Shown here: positions 39,520 through 47,620 of the stretch, one piece after another
Layout of the letters: each line of letters begins with the position of its first letter
Position numbering within the stretch: the stretch's first letter is position 1
Source of the DNA: an uncultured Vicinamibacteraceae bacterium
GTDB lineage: Bacteria; Acidobacteriota; Vicinamibacteria; Vicinamibacterales; UBA8438
Length of the DNA: 64,000 bases
NCBI GenBank assembly: GCA_964342185.1
Contig: CAYFER010000012.1
Location: 1,329 to 65,328, forward strand
Direction: 5' to 3'
Translations under genes and position numbers: made by a program
Notes under the pieces: model-generated
What the model was told of the DNA's origin: nothing
Seen by the model: only the letters and a program-made list of their open reading frames with translations
Database searches by the model: none

Positions 39520-39975
39520 ATGGCTTCAAAACAGACTGGCGAAGCATATTTCATGATTAGCGCTGTGTCGCAGCGTTACGATATTCATCCTCAAACATTG
39601 CGACTCTATGAGCGAGAGGGTCTTCTGAAGCCGTCTCGCACGGACGGCAATACACGACTCTACTCAAGTGAAGATCTCAAGCAACTTGAGACTATCCTGA
39701 CGCTTACACGCAACCTTGGTGTCAATCTTGCGGGAGTTGAGATTATTCTCAACATGCGTCGCAAGATGGACCAAATGCAGCGAGAGGTGAACGAGTTTAT
39801 GTCGTATGTGAAACGAGAAATGACGCCGGGGTTGGATGGCTGGGAGGAACGTCTTGGAACGGCGTTGGTTAAGACAACTCCATCGAGTCTTGTTCGTGCT
39901 ACACCGCAGACGACCGAAGACCCGAACATCTCGAAAAAGACCGTTCGGCGAAAGCGCTCACTAAAAAAAAGTTAA
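39520..39975 (+). CDS. hspR: MerR-family heat-shock repressor HspR
   Basis: MISAVSQRYDIHPQTLRLYEREGLLKPSRTDGNTRLYS...LGVNLAGVEIILNM, located after dnaK-dnaJ. Confidence 0.9.
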   Translation: MASKQTGEAYFMISAVSQRYDIHPQTLRLYEREGLLKPSRTDGNTRLYSSEDLKQLETILTLTRNLGVNLAGVEIILNMRRKMDQMQREVNEFMSYVKREMTPGLDGWEERLGTALVKTTPSSLVRATPQTTEDPNISKKTVRRKRSLKKS

Positions 39976-40012
39976 TCAGCGATCACAAAATCCTTACTTC
40001 TAATTCGTAGTT

Positions 40013-40021
40013 TTATGCACA
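40013..40021 (+). promoter_or_regulatory. Single DnaA-box consensus match
   Basis: TTATGCACA fits TT(A/T)TNCACA. It lies between the TCGTAG/CTACGA inverted-repeat arms, 59 nt upstream of the DnaC-like gene. Confidence 0.35.
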
Positions 40022-40079
40022 AGCTACGAGCAGTATCCTTTACAATCTTATCGGGCTTCAAAAATCGTTAAGAGCGTCA

Positions 40080-40922
40080 ATGAACTGTACCGTCTGTAAT
40101 AACACCGGCTGGTGTTCCAGCGATGTTAATGGTGTCGAGCGTGTCGAGCGATGCGAATGCTGGCATCGGCAGGTGGCGATGGATCTTCTTAAAGAAGCCA
40201 ATATTCCTGCGCGTTATCAAAAATGTGATTTCTCGACGTTTGTTACGTATCCGAACGAGCAGCTACTTCGTGCGGTCAAGAGGGCGGAGGAGTTTTCAGT
40301 TTCGTTTCCGATGGTTCAAAAAGGATTGTTGCTAATTGGTCCTCCAGGTATTGGGAAAACTCACCTAGCTATTTCTGTACTTCGCAACGTCATTATTGAG
40401 AAGAATATTCGGGGTTTGTACTACGATACGAGGTCGCTGTTAAGTACGATTCGGAGTACTTATAACCCCGTAACACGTACCTCTGAAGCTGACATCCTTG
40501 AACGGGTTATGCAGGCTGAATTACTGGTTTTGGATGATTTAGGAGCAGAACGTCTTACAGAGTGGGTCGAAGAGACAATGCATTTAATTGTCAACACTCG
40601 TTATAACGACCGGAAGCCAACTATATTTACGTCAAATTATGAGGATGAACCTGATGATCCGGACTCTTTGAAATCTAGGGTAGGGTTCCGTATGCATTCG
40701 CGCTTACGCGAGATGTGTGAGTTTCTAGAATATTCTGGACCGGATTACCGAGATTTTGAGTTTAAGCCAGATTCCGACGATATCTTCGGGAAATGGAAGG
40801 CTGAAAAATCTCAACCAAAACGCCGGTTGCCTCGGCGCACTTCAGCTCGGGCGCGTGCCCAGCTCAAAGAGAAAGACGGTCAGTTAGAGCTCGGCTGGTT
40901 AGGCGGCAAGGCTAGTAGCTAG
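40080..40922 (+). CDS. DnaC/DnaI/IstB-family AAA+ ATPase with N-terminal Cys cluster
   Basis: CTVC...CEC, ANIPARY, Walker A GPPGIGKT, Walker B LVLDDLG, TIFTSNY, RMHSRL; no adjacent IstA transposase. Confidence 0.88.
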   Translation: MNCTVCNNTGWCSSDVNGVERVERCECWHRQVAMDLLKEANIPARYQKCDFSTFVTYPNEQLLRAVKRAEEFSVSFPMVQKGLLLIGPPGIGKTHLAISVLRNVIIEKNIRGLYYDTRSLLSTIRSTYNPVTRTSEADILERVMQAELLVLDDLGAERLTEWVEETMHLIVNTRYNDRKPTIFTSNYEDEPDDPDSLKSRVGFRMHSRLREMCEFLEYSGPDYRDFEFKPDSDDIFGKWKAEKSQPKRRLPRRTSARARAQLKEKDGQLELGWLGGKASS

Positions 40923-40948
40923 TGGTTTCTGCATTACATGAGGAAGCA

Positions 40949-42067
40949 GTGCTTGGCCTATATCTGCACATCCCTTTCTGCGAATCGATCTGCAATTATT
41001 GCAATTTCAACCGTGGGTTATTCGATGCCGGTGTTAAAAACCGTTATGTGGATGCTCTCGTGCTGGAGGTTGTTGGAATTGGTGATGGTGAGGCTGTCGA
41101 CACGGTTTATTTTGGCGGAGGCACACCTTCTTTATTGGAGCCTGCGGAAGTGGACCGATTGCTTGGGGCGTGTCGGGAAGCTTTTTCTTTTAGCTCGTCT
41201 GCAGAAGTCACTTTGGAGGTAAATCCTGAATCGGCGAGTTCGCGGCGGTTGTCCGGCTGGCGGGAAGCTGGTGTGAATCGACTGAGTTTCGGCGTTCAGT
41301 CATTCAGTGACGTCGAGCTCAAAAGTTTGGATCGCAGACATTCCGCGAAGCGAGCTCGAGATGCGGTCGGTACTGCGCGTGCCGAGGGCTATGACGCTAT
41401 TAGTCTTGACTTGATGTTGTGGCTTCCAGGTCAGACAAGCATTCATTGTCGGCACTCAGTCAAATCATTACTGGAATTGGAACCTGATCATGCGTCTTTT
41501 TATCTTCTTGAGCTCTATCCCAATGCACCTCTGCGAGAGAATATGGCGCGGTCGGAGGTGTCACTCGCACCTGAGGAAGATGCGGTGCAGATGTATCTCG
41601 AAACTCTTGAGATGACCGATGTCGCGGGTTATGAGCAGTATGAAATCTCCAATGTGTCAAAACCAGGGCAAAGATGTCGACACAATTTAAAGTATTGGAC
41701 CGACGGTGAATGGTTGGGTTTTGGGTGTGGAGCTCACTCGACACGGGGAGGTTCTAGGTGGTCGAACATCTCTGAGACAGATCGCTACATCGAAAATGTC
41801 ACTTCTGGTCAGGAGGTGGTTTTGTCGCAGCGTGGTTTGAGCGACGATGAACGGCTTGGTGACGCGCTTTTTATGGGACTTCGGTTAACCGAGGGCCTTG
41901 ACCTTAGATTAGTTGAACAACGGTACGGAATTTCGGTGATGGAGAAGTACGGGGCAGCACTGGCACCGTTTATTGAAAAAAAACGACTCCTCTGGGAATC
42001 TGGGCGACTTCGGTTAACCCGAGAGGGTATGCTCATAGCCAACGACATAATGGAGGCTTTCGTCTAG
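40949..42067 (+). CDS. hemW: Radical-SAM heme chaperone HemW (HemN-like)
   Basis: LYLHIPFCESICNYCNF (HxPFC plus CxxxCxxC), YFGGGTPS, NRLSFGVQSF, YEISN, HNLKYW. GTG 40949 has an SD; the ORF extends to 40922. Confidence 0.92.
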   Translation: MLGLYLHIPFCESICNYCNFNRGLFDAGVKNRYVDALVLEVVGIGDGEAVDTVYFGGGTPSLLEPAEVDRLLGACREAFSFSSSAEVTLEVNPESASSRRLSGWREAGVNRLSFGVQSFSDVELKSLDRRHSAKRARDAVGTARAEGYDAISLDLMLWLPGQTSIHCRHSVKSLLELEPDHASFYLLELYPNAPLRENMARSEVSLAPEEDAVQMYLETLEMTDVAGYEQYEISNVSKPGQRCRHNLKYWTDGEWLGFGCGAHSTRGGSRWSNISETDRYIENVTSGQEVVLSQRGLSDDERLGDALFMGLRLTEGLDLRLVEQRYGISVMEKYGAALAPFIEKKRLLWESGRLRLTREGMLIANDIMEAFV

Positions 42068-42130
42068 GTGGCACCGTACGGTATGGTATCCGGTCAAATT
42101 TTTACACTGAGGTTCAAGGAGGTCAGAAAC

Positions 42131-42613
42131 ATGCTTTCGTTATTGATGCGTCGAGTGATGCGCCGAGACTACGCGATTGGTTTTGCGGTGGTGGCGGCGT
42201 TGGCTGTTGGTGTCGTAGTGGGGACGGTAGTCACCACGAATAATGCAGAGGCCCAAGGTCGGACTTTTAGTGCCGGAGCGGGCATGATGCTCAACTATGT
42301 TAACGCTGCGAATGAAAGTGATTTCGAAGGAGTTATGCAGAAGTTAGCTGACGGACTGCGGGCTAGTGAAAATGCAGACCGGAATGCCCAAGCTGAGGGT
42401 TGGAAGGTTTATAAGGCACGTGAGGCAGGACCAGGTGGAGCGACGTTGTATGTGTGGTTCATCGATCCGGCCGTGTCTGGTGCTGATTATGCAGTCGCCC
42501 AAATCTTGAATGAGGCATTTCCTGCTGAAGTACAATCTCTCTACGAAACTTTTAATGGTTCGTTTGCGGGTGGACAATCAATGGTGAATCTGGATCTCGT
42601 TCTCGACTTCTAA
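42131..42613 (+). CDS. Hypothetical secreted protein
   Basis: Strong SD AAGGAGG 8 nt before ATG 42131; signal peptide ending AEA-Q; no family recognised. Confidence 0.8.
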   Translation: MLSLLMRRVMRRDYAIGFAVVAALAVGVVVGTVVTTNNAEAQGRTFSAGAGMMLNYVNAANESDFEGVMQKLADGLRASENADRNAQAEGWKVYKAREAGPGGATLYVWFIDPAVSGADYAVAQILNEAFPAEVQSLYETFNGSFAGGQSMVNLDLVLDF

Positions 42614-42621
42614 CCTGACTC

Positions 42622-42690
42622 AGTGGGATGATTCGAGCAGGATGGCGAGTTGGCCAGCGGTGAATTCGTCATCTTGTTTCCTATCCTACT
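42622..42690 (+). terminator. Long imperfect RNA hairpin between convergent genes (terminator or stability element)
   Basis: 42635-51 pairs with 42663-79 (12 Watson-Crick plus 5 G-U). Outer stem 42622-30 pairs with 42682-90. GCGTTTTAAT follows. Confidence 0.6.
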
Positions 42691-42734
42691 AGCGTTTTAA
42701 TCGAAAGCCGATGTTGATGTTGGGTCTAATTGTT

Positions 42735-43217
42735 TTAGAAGTCGAGAGTGAGGCCAGCGTAAAATCTTTGAATCGCTCGTCGTTTCGAAGATTTACCAAG
42801 GCGCAAAGAGCGATAGTCAAATCGTAGCCGGAAAGGTTCCATCAGCGAAACCTTGACCCCGGCACCCATGTTGTTTCCGAGGCCGGTGTATCTACTTCGA
42901 CCAAGTCTTTCACGATAGAGTCCCACTCCGATTGTTCCGTAGAACTGAAGTCGGGAAATAGGGAACGGGGATTGTAGGAGCACGTTAAGCATGCTCGATT
43001 TCAGTTCGGTCTTGTCCTGAAGGTTGTCGATAGACGAGTTTGAATATTCGAACTCAAAACCGATAATTGCGAGTGATAAGCCGACCGCCACGCCCGTTGC
43101 GTTGCGATTTGACAGAGATTGAGTAGAGCCAACGAAAGCTGTGAGGTCTGCAGCGGCTGGTTTCGCTACACCAATCACTATGATCAATAGACCAAAGAAT
43201 GACAACGTCCGAGACAA
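42735..43217 (-). CDS. Small outer-membrane beta-barrel protein (OmpW/OmpA-TM-like)
   Basis: TTG start with GGAGG SD, signal peptide ending AAA, alternating amphipathic strands, C-terminal YAGLTLDF. Confidence 0.75.
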   Translation of the reverse strand: MSRTLSFFGLLIIVIGVAKPAAADLTAFVGSTQSLSNRNATGVAVGLSLAIIGFEFEYSNSSIDNLQDKTELKSSMLNVLLQSPFPISRLQFYGTIGVGLYRERLGRSRYTGLGNNMGAGVKVSLMEPFRLRFDYRSLRLGKSSKRRAIQRFYAGLTLDF

Positions 43218-43351
43218 TATGACCTCCCTTCAAGTTTGATGGTGGAGTGTTGTTGACCCAGTGTCAACCGGTCGGGCGGAGAACAGACCGGATAATGAGA
43301 CGAGTAGGTTGGTGTGATAGAGTCACAGCCGCCCAGGACATTTAGAAAACC

Positions 43352-44290
43352 GTGACCACTCAGAGCCTCGCGGAAAAAGTCAAAGCTTTCGACCCGAGAG
43401 CTGTGGCACGCGCAATTTCATTGATTGAAAGCCGCTCATCGGATGGTCAGATCCTAATTTCGCAATTATTCAGTTTTGGTGGTCACGCTACCGTTGTTGG
43501 AATAACGGGTGCTCCAGGCGTTGGGAAGAGCACGTTAGTTGATTGTCTAACGATCGAATTACGCCGTCGGGACGCCAAGGTGGGTATTCTTGCCATCGAC
43601 CCGACGAGTCCGTTTAGCGGTGGTGCCATCCTTGGCGATCGTATTCGCATGCAATCCCATACTGGAGACGCTGGAGTGTTTGTCCGGAGCATGGCTTCTC
43701 GGGGCCACCTCGGAGGATTGTCTCAGGCAACGAATGATGCCACTGTCATTTTGGATGCCGCAGGTCTCGACGTCGTATTGATCGAGACAGTCGGGGTTGG
43801 TCAAGGTGAGGTGGATATCATCCGAACTGCGGATATTTCAATTGTCGTAATGGCTCCAGGCAGCGGTGATGATGTTCAAGCTCTCAAAGCTGGCATTATG
43901 GAAATCGCTGATGTCTTTGTAGTAAATAAGTCGGACCGAGACGGCGTGGATCGCACGGTTACGGATATCGAAGCAGCGCTTATGCTTAAAGACCATTCAG
44001 CTGAGGGTAGGCGTGTACCGGTACTCAAGACTGAGGCGACCAGTAATATCGGAATTGCTGATGTGATCGATGCAGTCGAGCAATTTCAAGAGAGTTCAAC
44101 CCAGAAGAACAGACGACTTCAACATAGAGCGGGAGTTCGGCTGCGGGAAACATTGAGTCGAGAATTTATGCAGCGATTGGAAGGACGTGATGACATTAAG
44201 CAAGCTCTCGACAAGGCAGTTGATCGGATTAGTAAAAGAGAAGTTGATCCGTACACGGCGGCAGTTGAGATTATGGAGCGTGCCCAATGA
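43352..44290 (+). CDS. meaB: Methylmalonyl-CoA mutase-associated GTPase
   Basis: GITGAPGVGKST, AIDPTSPFSGGAILGDRIRM, ETVGVGQ, QALKAGIMEIAD, NKSD. Confidence 0.95.
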   Translation: MTTQSLAEKVKAFDPRAVARAISLIESRSSDGQILISQLFSFGGHATVVGITGAPGVGKSTLVDCLTIELRRRDAKVGILAIDPTSPFSGGAILGDRIRMQSHTGDAGVFVRSMASRGHLGGLSQATNDATVILDAAGLDVVLIETVGVGQGEVDIIRTADISIVVMAPGSGDDVQALKAGIMEIADVFVVNKSDRDGVDRTVTDIEAALMLKDHSAEGRRVPVLKTEATSNIGIADVIDAVEQFQESSTQKNRRLQHRAGVRLRETLSREFMQRLEGRDDIKQALDKAVDRISKREVDPYTAAVEIMERAQ

Positions 44291-44685
44291 AGGTTGAGCT
44301 AGATCACATCGGCATTGCTGTGTCTCAACTTGACGAGTCGTTGAAGTTTTTTCGTGACGTGCTTGGTCTTGAAATATCTACGTGTGAGGAAGTTCCGTCG
44401 CAAAGGGTGAAGGCACAGTTCGTATCGGTTGGCACTGCGACGCTCGAATTATTGGAAGCGACTGCAGACGATTCGGCGATTGCGCGTTTTATAAAACGAA
44501 AAGGCCCAGGGCTACATCACATCACACTGAGGGTTGAAAATTTAAGTCTGGTCTTAAACCAACTTAGAGATCAGGGAGTTCAACTAATCGACGAAGTGCC
44601 TCGCCCTGGAGCAGAGGGGGCCCGGGTAGCGTTCATTCATCCGTCCAGTGCGCACGGTGTGTTGGTGGAACTGAAGGAAATATGA
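44287..44685 (+). CDS. mce: Methylmalonyl-CoA epimerase
   Basis: LDHIGIAV, LELLE, GPGLHHI, FIHPSSAHGVLVEL; follows meaB. Confidence 0.93.
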   Translation: MKVELDHIGIAVSQLDESLKFFRDVLGLEISTCEEVPSQRVKAQFVSVGTATLELLEATADDSAIARFIKRKGPGLHHITLRVENLSLVLNQLRDQGVQLIDEVPRPGAEGARVAFIHPSSAHGVLVELKEI

Positions 44686-44729
44686 CTGATGATCCACGGG
44701 TGTTGCTACCGAGTCAAAATCTTTGACCT

Positions 44730-45632
44730 ATGGATATCGAAGGAGTGCCAGTGGTTGACATAGAGCCTGCCGGTATTGGTGTGATTGGTGGAAGCGGATT
44801 GTATGTTATGGAGGATTTGACTGACAGAAAGGAAGTCAACCTCACAACTCCATTCGGTAATCCTTCGGCCGCCTACGTGATAGGTAACCTGGACGGCAAG
44901 AGGGTTGCATTTCTTGCTCGACATGGTGTCGGCCACCATTTACAACCCTCTGAACTAAATTATCGTGCGAACATTTTTGGTTTCAAGATGTTGGGTGTCG
45001 AATGGCTGGTCTCGGCCAGCGCTGTCGGAAGTTTGCAGGAGAGATATCGACCGCTGGACATTGTGGTGCCAGATCAGTTTTTCGATCGCACTCGAGGCCG
45101 GGTTAGCACGTTCTTTGGAAGAGGTGTCGTCGCTCACATTACATTCGCGCATCCGATTTGTAACACACTGAGTCAAATAGCTTCAGACTCGGTCGAATCA
45201 GTGGATAAGAAGGTGCATCGGGGCGGCACTTACGTCTGTATTGAAGGACCACAGTTTTCAACCTTGGCGGAGTCACGTCTTTATCGAAATTGGCAGATGG
45301 ACGTCATTGGAATGACTAATCTTCAAGAAGCGAAACTCGCTCGGGAAGCCGAGATCTGTTACGCGACGTTGGCTTTAGTAACGGACTATGATTGCTGGCA
45401 TCCTGACCACGAGCAGGTTACTGTCGAAATGATCGTTCAGAATTTACAGGAGAACGCGGAAACGGCGAAGAAAGTTATTCGCCAAGTGGTTTCCGAGCTT
45501 CCTGTTGATAGAACGTGCGACTGTGCCTCGGCGCTGTCGGCAGCCATCATTACTCGCAAGGAAGCGATCCCAAGGCAGGTTCGTGTAGATCTAGCTCCAA
45601 TCCTTGGGAAGTATCTAGAAGTGACAGAATAG
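44730..45632 (+). CDS. mtnP: S-methyl-5'-thioadenosine phosphorylase
   Basis: GVIGGSG, TPFGNPS, LARHG.GH, EGPQFSTLAES, GMTN, EAKLAREAE and VTDYDCW (adenine-specific DYD). Confidence 0.92.
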   Translation: MDIEGVPVVDIEPAGIGVIGGSGLYVMEDLTDRKEVNLTTPFGNPSAAYVIGNLDGKRVAFLARHGVGHHLQPSELNYRANIFGFKMLGVEWLVSASAVGSLQERYRPLDIVVPDQFFDRTRGRVSTFFGRGVVAHITFAHPICNTLSQIASDSVESVDKKVHRGGTYVCIEGPQFSTLAESRLYRNWQMDVIGMTNLQEAKLAREAEICYATLALVTDYDCWHPDHEQVTVEMIVQNLQENAETAKKVIRQVVSELPVDRTCDCASALSAAIITRKEAIPRQVRVDLAPILGKYLEVTE

Positions 45633-45642
45633 TTCTGAAACG

Positions 45643-46554
45643 ATGAAATCGATTCTGACTGTTGGTTCCGTTGCGTTTGATTCAGTTAAGACACCCTTTG
45701 GGGAAGTTTCTCGGGTAGTGGCAGGTGCGGCAACTTATTTCAGTATTGCGGCATCCTTCTTCACTGACGTACGACTTGTCGGAGTTGTTGGCGATGATTT
45801 CTTGGATGACCATCTTTCGGTATTTACTGATCGTCGTGTTGATTTGGATGGGCTTCAGCGGGTTGCGGGAGAAACCTTTCGATGGCGCGGTGAATATAGT
45901 TCTGATTTGAATGCCCGTGAAACGATTTATACGCACTTGAATGTGTTCGAAGATTTTAGTCCGAGGATTCCCGACCGGTTTCAGACCACGCCGTTTGTAT
46001 TTCTAGCTAACATACATCCAGCACTTCAATTGGAGGTGCTTGAGCAGGTTAAGCAACCTGAGCTTGTTGCGCTCGATACAATGAATTATTGGATCGAAGG
46101 AACTCCGGCGGAGCTCCAGAAAGTGCTTGGTCGAGTCAATGTGCTGGTGATCAATGATTCGGAAGCGCGGCAACTTAGTGGAGAAGCTAACCTGGTTAAG
46201 GCGGCACGAATTATTCAGGGTATGGGGCCAGAGCGGGTTGTGATTAAACGGGGCGAGTACGGAGTATTGATGACTAAGCCCGACGGATTTTTCGCTGTTC
46301 CAGGCCTTCCACTTGATCGGGTTTGTGATCCGACAGGTGCGGGTGACACGTTTGCCGGTGGCTTTGTTGGATTTCTTGCAGCGGCCACACAAATTACTGA
46401 CCAGGCTGTCAATCAAGCGGTCATTGCGGGAAGCGTCATGGCATCATTCGCTGTCGAAGAGTTTGGACTCGATCGTTTATTGACACTAACGGACATGGAG
46501 ATCAAACAGAGGTTCGGGGCGTTTAAGAGATTGACTCATTTTGATGAGTTGTGA
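45643..46554 (+). CDS. PfkB/ribokinase-family sugar or nucleoside kinase
   Basis: GSVAFDSV, DTMNYWI, INDSE, KRGEYG and the PfkB signature DPTGAGDTFAGG. Confidence 0.9.
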   Translation: MKSILTVGSVAFDSVKTPFGEVSRVVAGAATYFSIAASFFTDVRLVGVVGDDFLDDHLSVFTDRRVDLDGLQRVAGETFRWRGEYSSDLNARETIYTHLNVFEDFSPRIPDRFQTTPFVFLANIHPALQLEVLEQVKQPELVALDTMNYWIEGTPAELQKVLGRVNVLVINDSEARQLSGEANLVKAARIIQGMGPERVVIKRGEYGVLMTKPDGFFAVPGLPLDRVCDPTGAGDTFAGGFVGFLAAATQITDQAVNQAVIAGSVMASFAVEEFGLDRLLTLTDMEIKQRFGAFKRLTHFDEL

Positions 46555-47019
46555 GTGTATTCTGTTTCGGTCATTAAACCAGGCACGCGCAGCCACGTTG
46601 GTTCAGGGCGCCTAGGTTTGGATTCATTAGTGCAACGAAAATCAATTATCCCCGGTGGAATGGCGGGAATATTGGTCTGCGTTATCGCGTGGGCCTTCCC
46701 TGGTGCGGGGCACTTATGGCTGGGACGGGTTCAGAAAGGCACGGTGTTCTTTATTGTCTTACCGTTAATGTACTTGATTGGATTGTGGCTTGAAGGGCAA
46801 ATATTTTCGTTCGACCTGTCACAGCCTCTTGTGGCGCTTGCTGCGTTAGCTGATCTGGGAATTGGGGTGCCGTATTTAATGACACGCTTTCTTGGCGCCG
46901 GGGAAGGTCGGGTCGTTGCAGTGACATATGAGTACGGCAATACTTTTCTTGTAGCCGCTGGTCTTCTTAACTTCTTGGTTGTTTTGGACGCCTACGACAT
47001 AGCATTGGGACGAAAGTAA
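46555..47019 (+). CDS. Conserved membrane protein (DUF6677-like)
   Basis: AW.FPGAGHLWLG, YEYGNTFLVAAGLLNFLVVLDAYDIA.GRK; start position uncertain. Confidence 0.75.
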   Translation: MYSVSVIKPGTRSHVGSGRLGLDSLVQRKSIIPGGMAGILVCVIAWAFPGAGHLWLGRVQKGTVFFIVLPLMYLIGLWLEGQIFSFDLSQPLVALAALADLGIGVPYLMTRFLGAGEGRVVAVTYEYGNTFLVAAGLLNFLVVLDAYDIALGRK

Positions 47020-47030
47020 GGGCGATACTA

Positions 47031-47204
47031 ATGTCTAGCCACGTGGGGTTGATGCTTGTATTTAGCGCTTTCGTATCAGTTGTTTTTGCTGTTCTGACGA
47101 CGGATGACGTTGATGCCCAGTTGCGCACCGGTGCGATTCTATTCGCCGGTTTCGGTGGTGCGTGCATTTTGTTGGGATGGTTAATGTTTCCTTTTCCGCT
47201 GTGA
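47031..47204 (+). CDS. 57-aa two-helix membrane protein (absent from the ORF track)
   Basis: Manual translation gives MSSHVGLMLVFSAFVSVVFAVLTTDDVDAQLRTGAILFAGFGGACILLGWLMFPFPL*, which fills the gap between co-oriented genes exactly. Confidence 0.75.
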   Translation: MSSHVGLMLVFSAFVSVVFAVLTTDDVDAQLRTGAILFAGFGGACILLGWLMFPFPL

Positions 47205-47226
47205 TTGAAACCTCAGGTGGGATGTT

Positions 47227-47619
47227 GTGAGATCGGCAACTCACGTTGTTTGGGTCTGGGGTCCTGCTGTTTGTTTGATGATTGCGATCTTCGTATTTTC
47301 ATCATTTTCTCGATTGCCCGTGTCCATAGGAGGATCGTCTGACCTTGCGATACACGGGCTTGTCTATGGGCTACTTGGAATGTTGATGGTTCGTGCACTT
47401 GCCAATGGTTCTTGGCGAGGCGTCAACATAAACACACTTGTCACAGCGGTTCTGTTGACCGTCTTTTATGGTTGCACTGATGAATATCACCAGTCTTTTG
47501 TGCCTGGTAGGGTCGCTGACATTCGAGATGTCATTGCCGATGCCGTCGGAGCGTGCAGCGGTGCAGTAGCTGTGTGGCTGTGGGGTATAGTCTTTTTGGG
47601 TAAGAGAGAAGAGATGTAG
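47227..47619 (+). CDS. VanZ-family membrane protein
   Basis: IFVFSS...HGLVYGLLG...YGCTDEYHQSFVPGR...DVIAD. Confidence 0.88.
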   Translation: MRSATHVVWVWGPAVCLMIAIFVFSSFSRLPVSIGGSSDLAIHGLVYGLLGMLMVRALANGSWRGVNINTLVTAVLLTVFYGCTDEYHQSFVPGRVADIRDVIADAVGACSGAVAVWLWGIVFLGKREEM

Positions 47620-47620
47620 G

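Noticed and set aside
40080-40922. IS21-family element (IstB helper ATPase)
   Set aside because: No IstA transposase, terminal inverted repeats or target duplication. The gene sits between hspR and hemW like a core gene.
43252-43291. Palindromes GTTGAC-N5-GTCAAC and CCGGTC...GACCGG in the divergent gap before meaB
   Set aside because: Real but short (6 bp), with no second copy or cognate regulator in the window, so they cannot be assigned a function.
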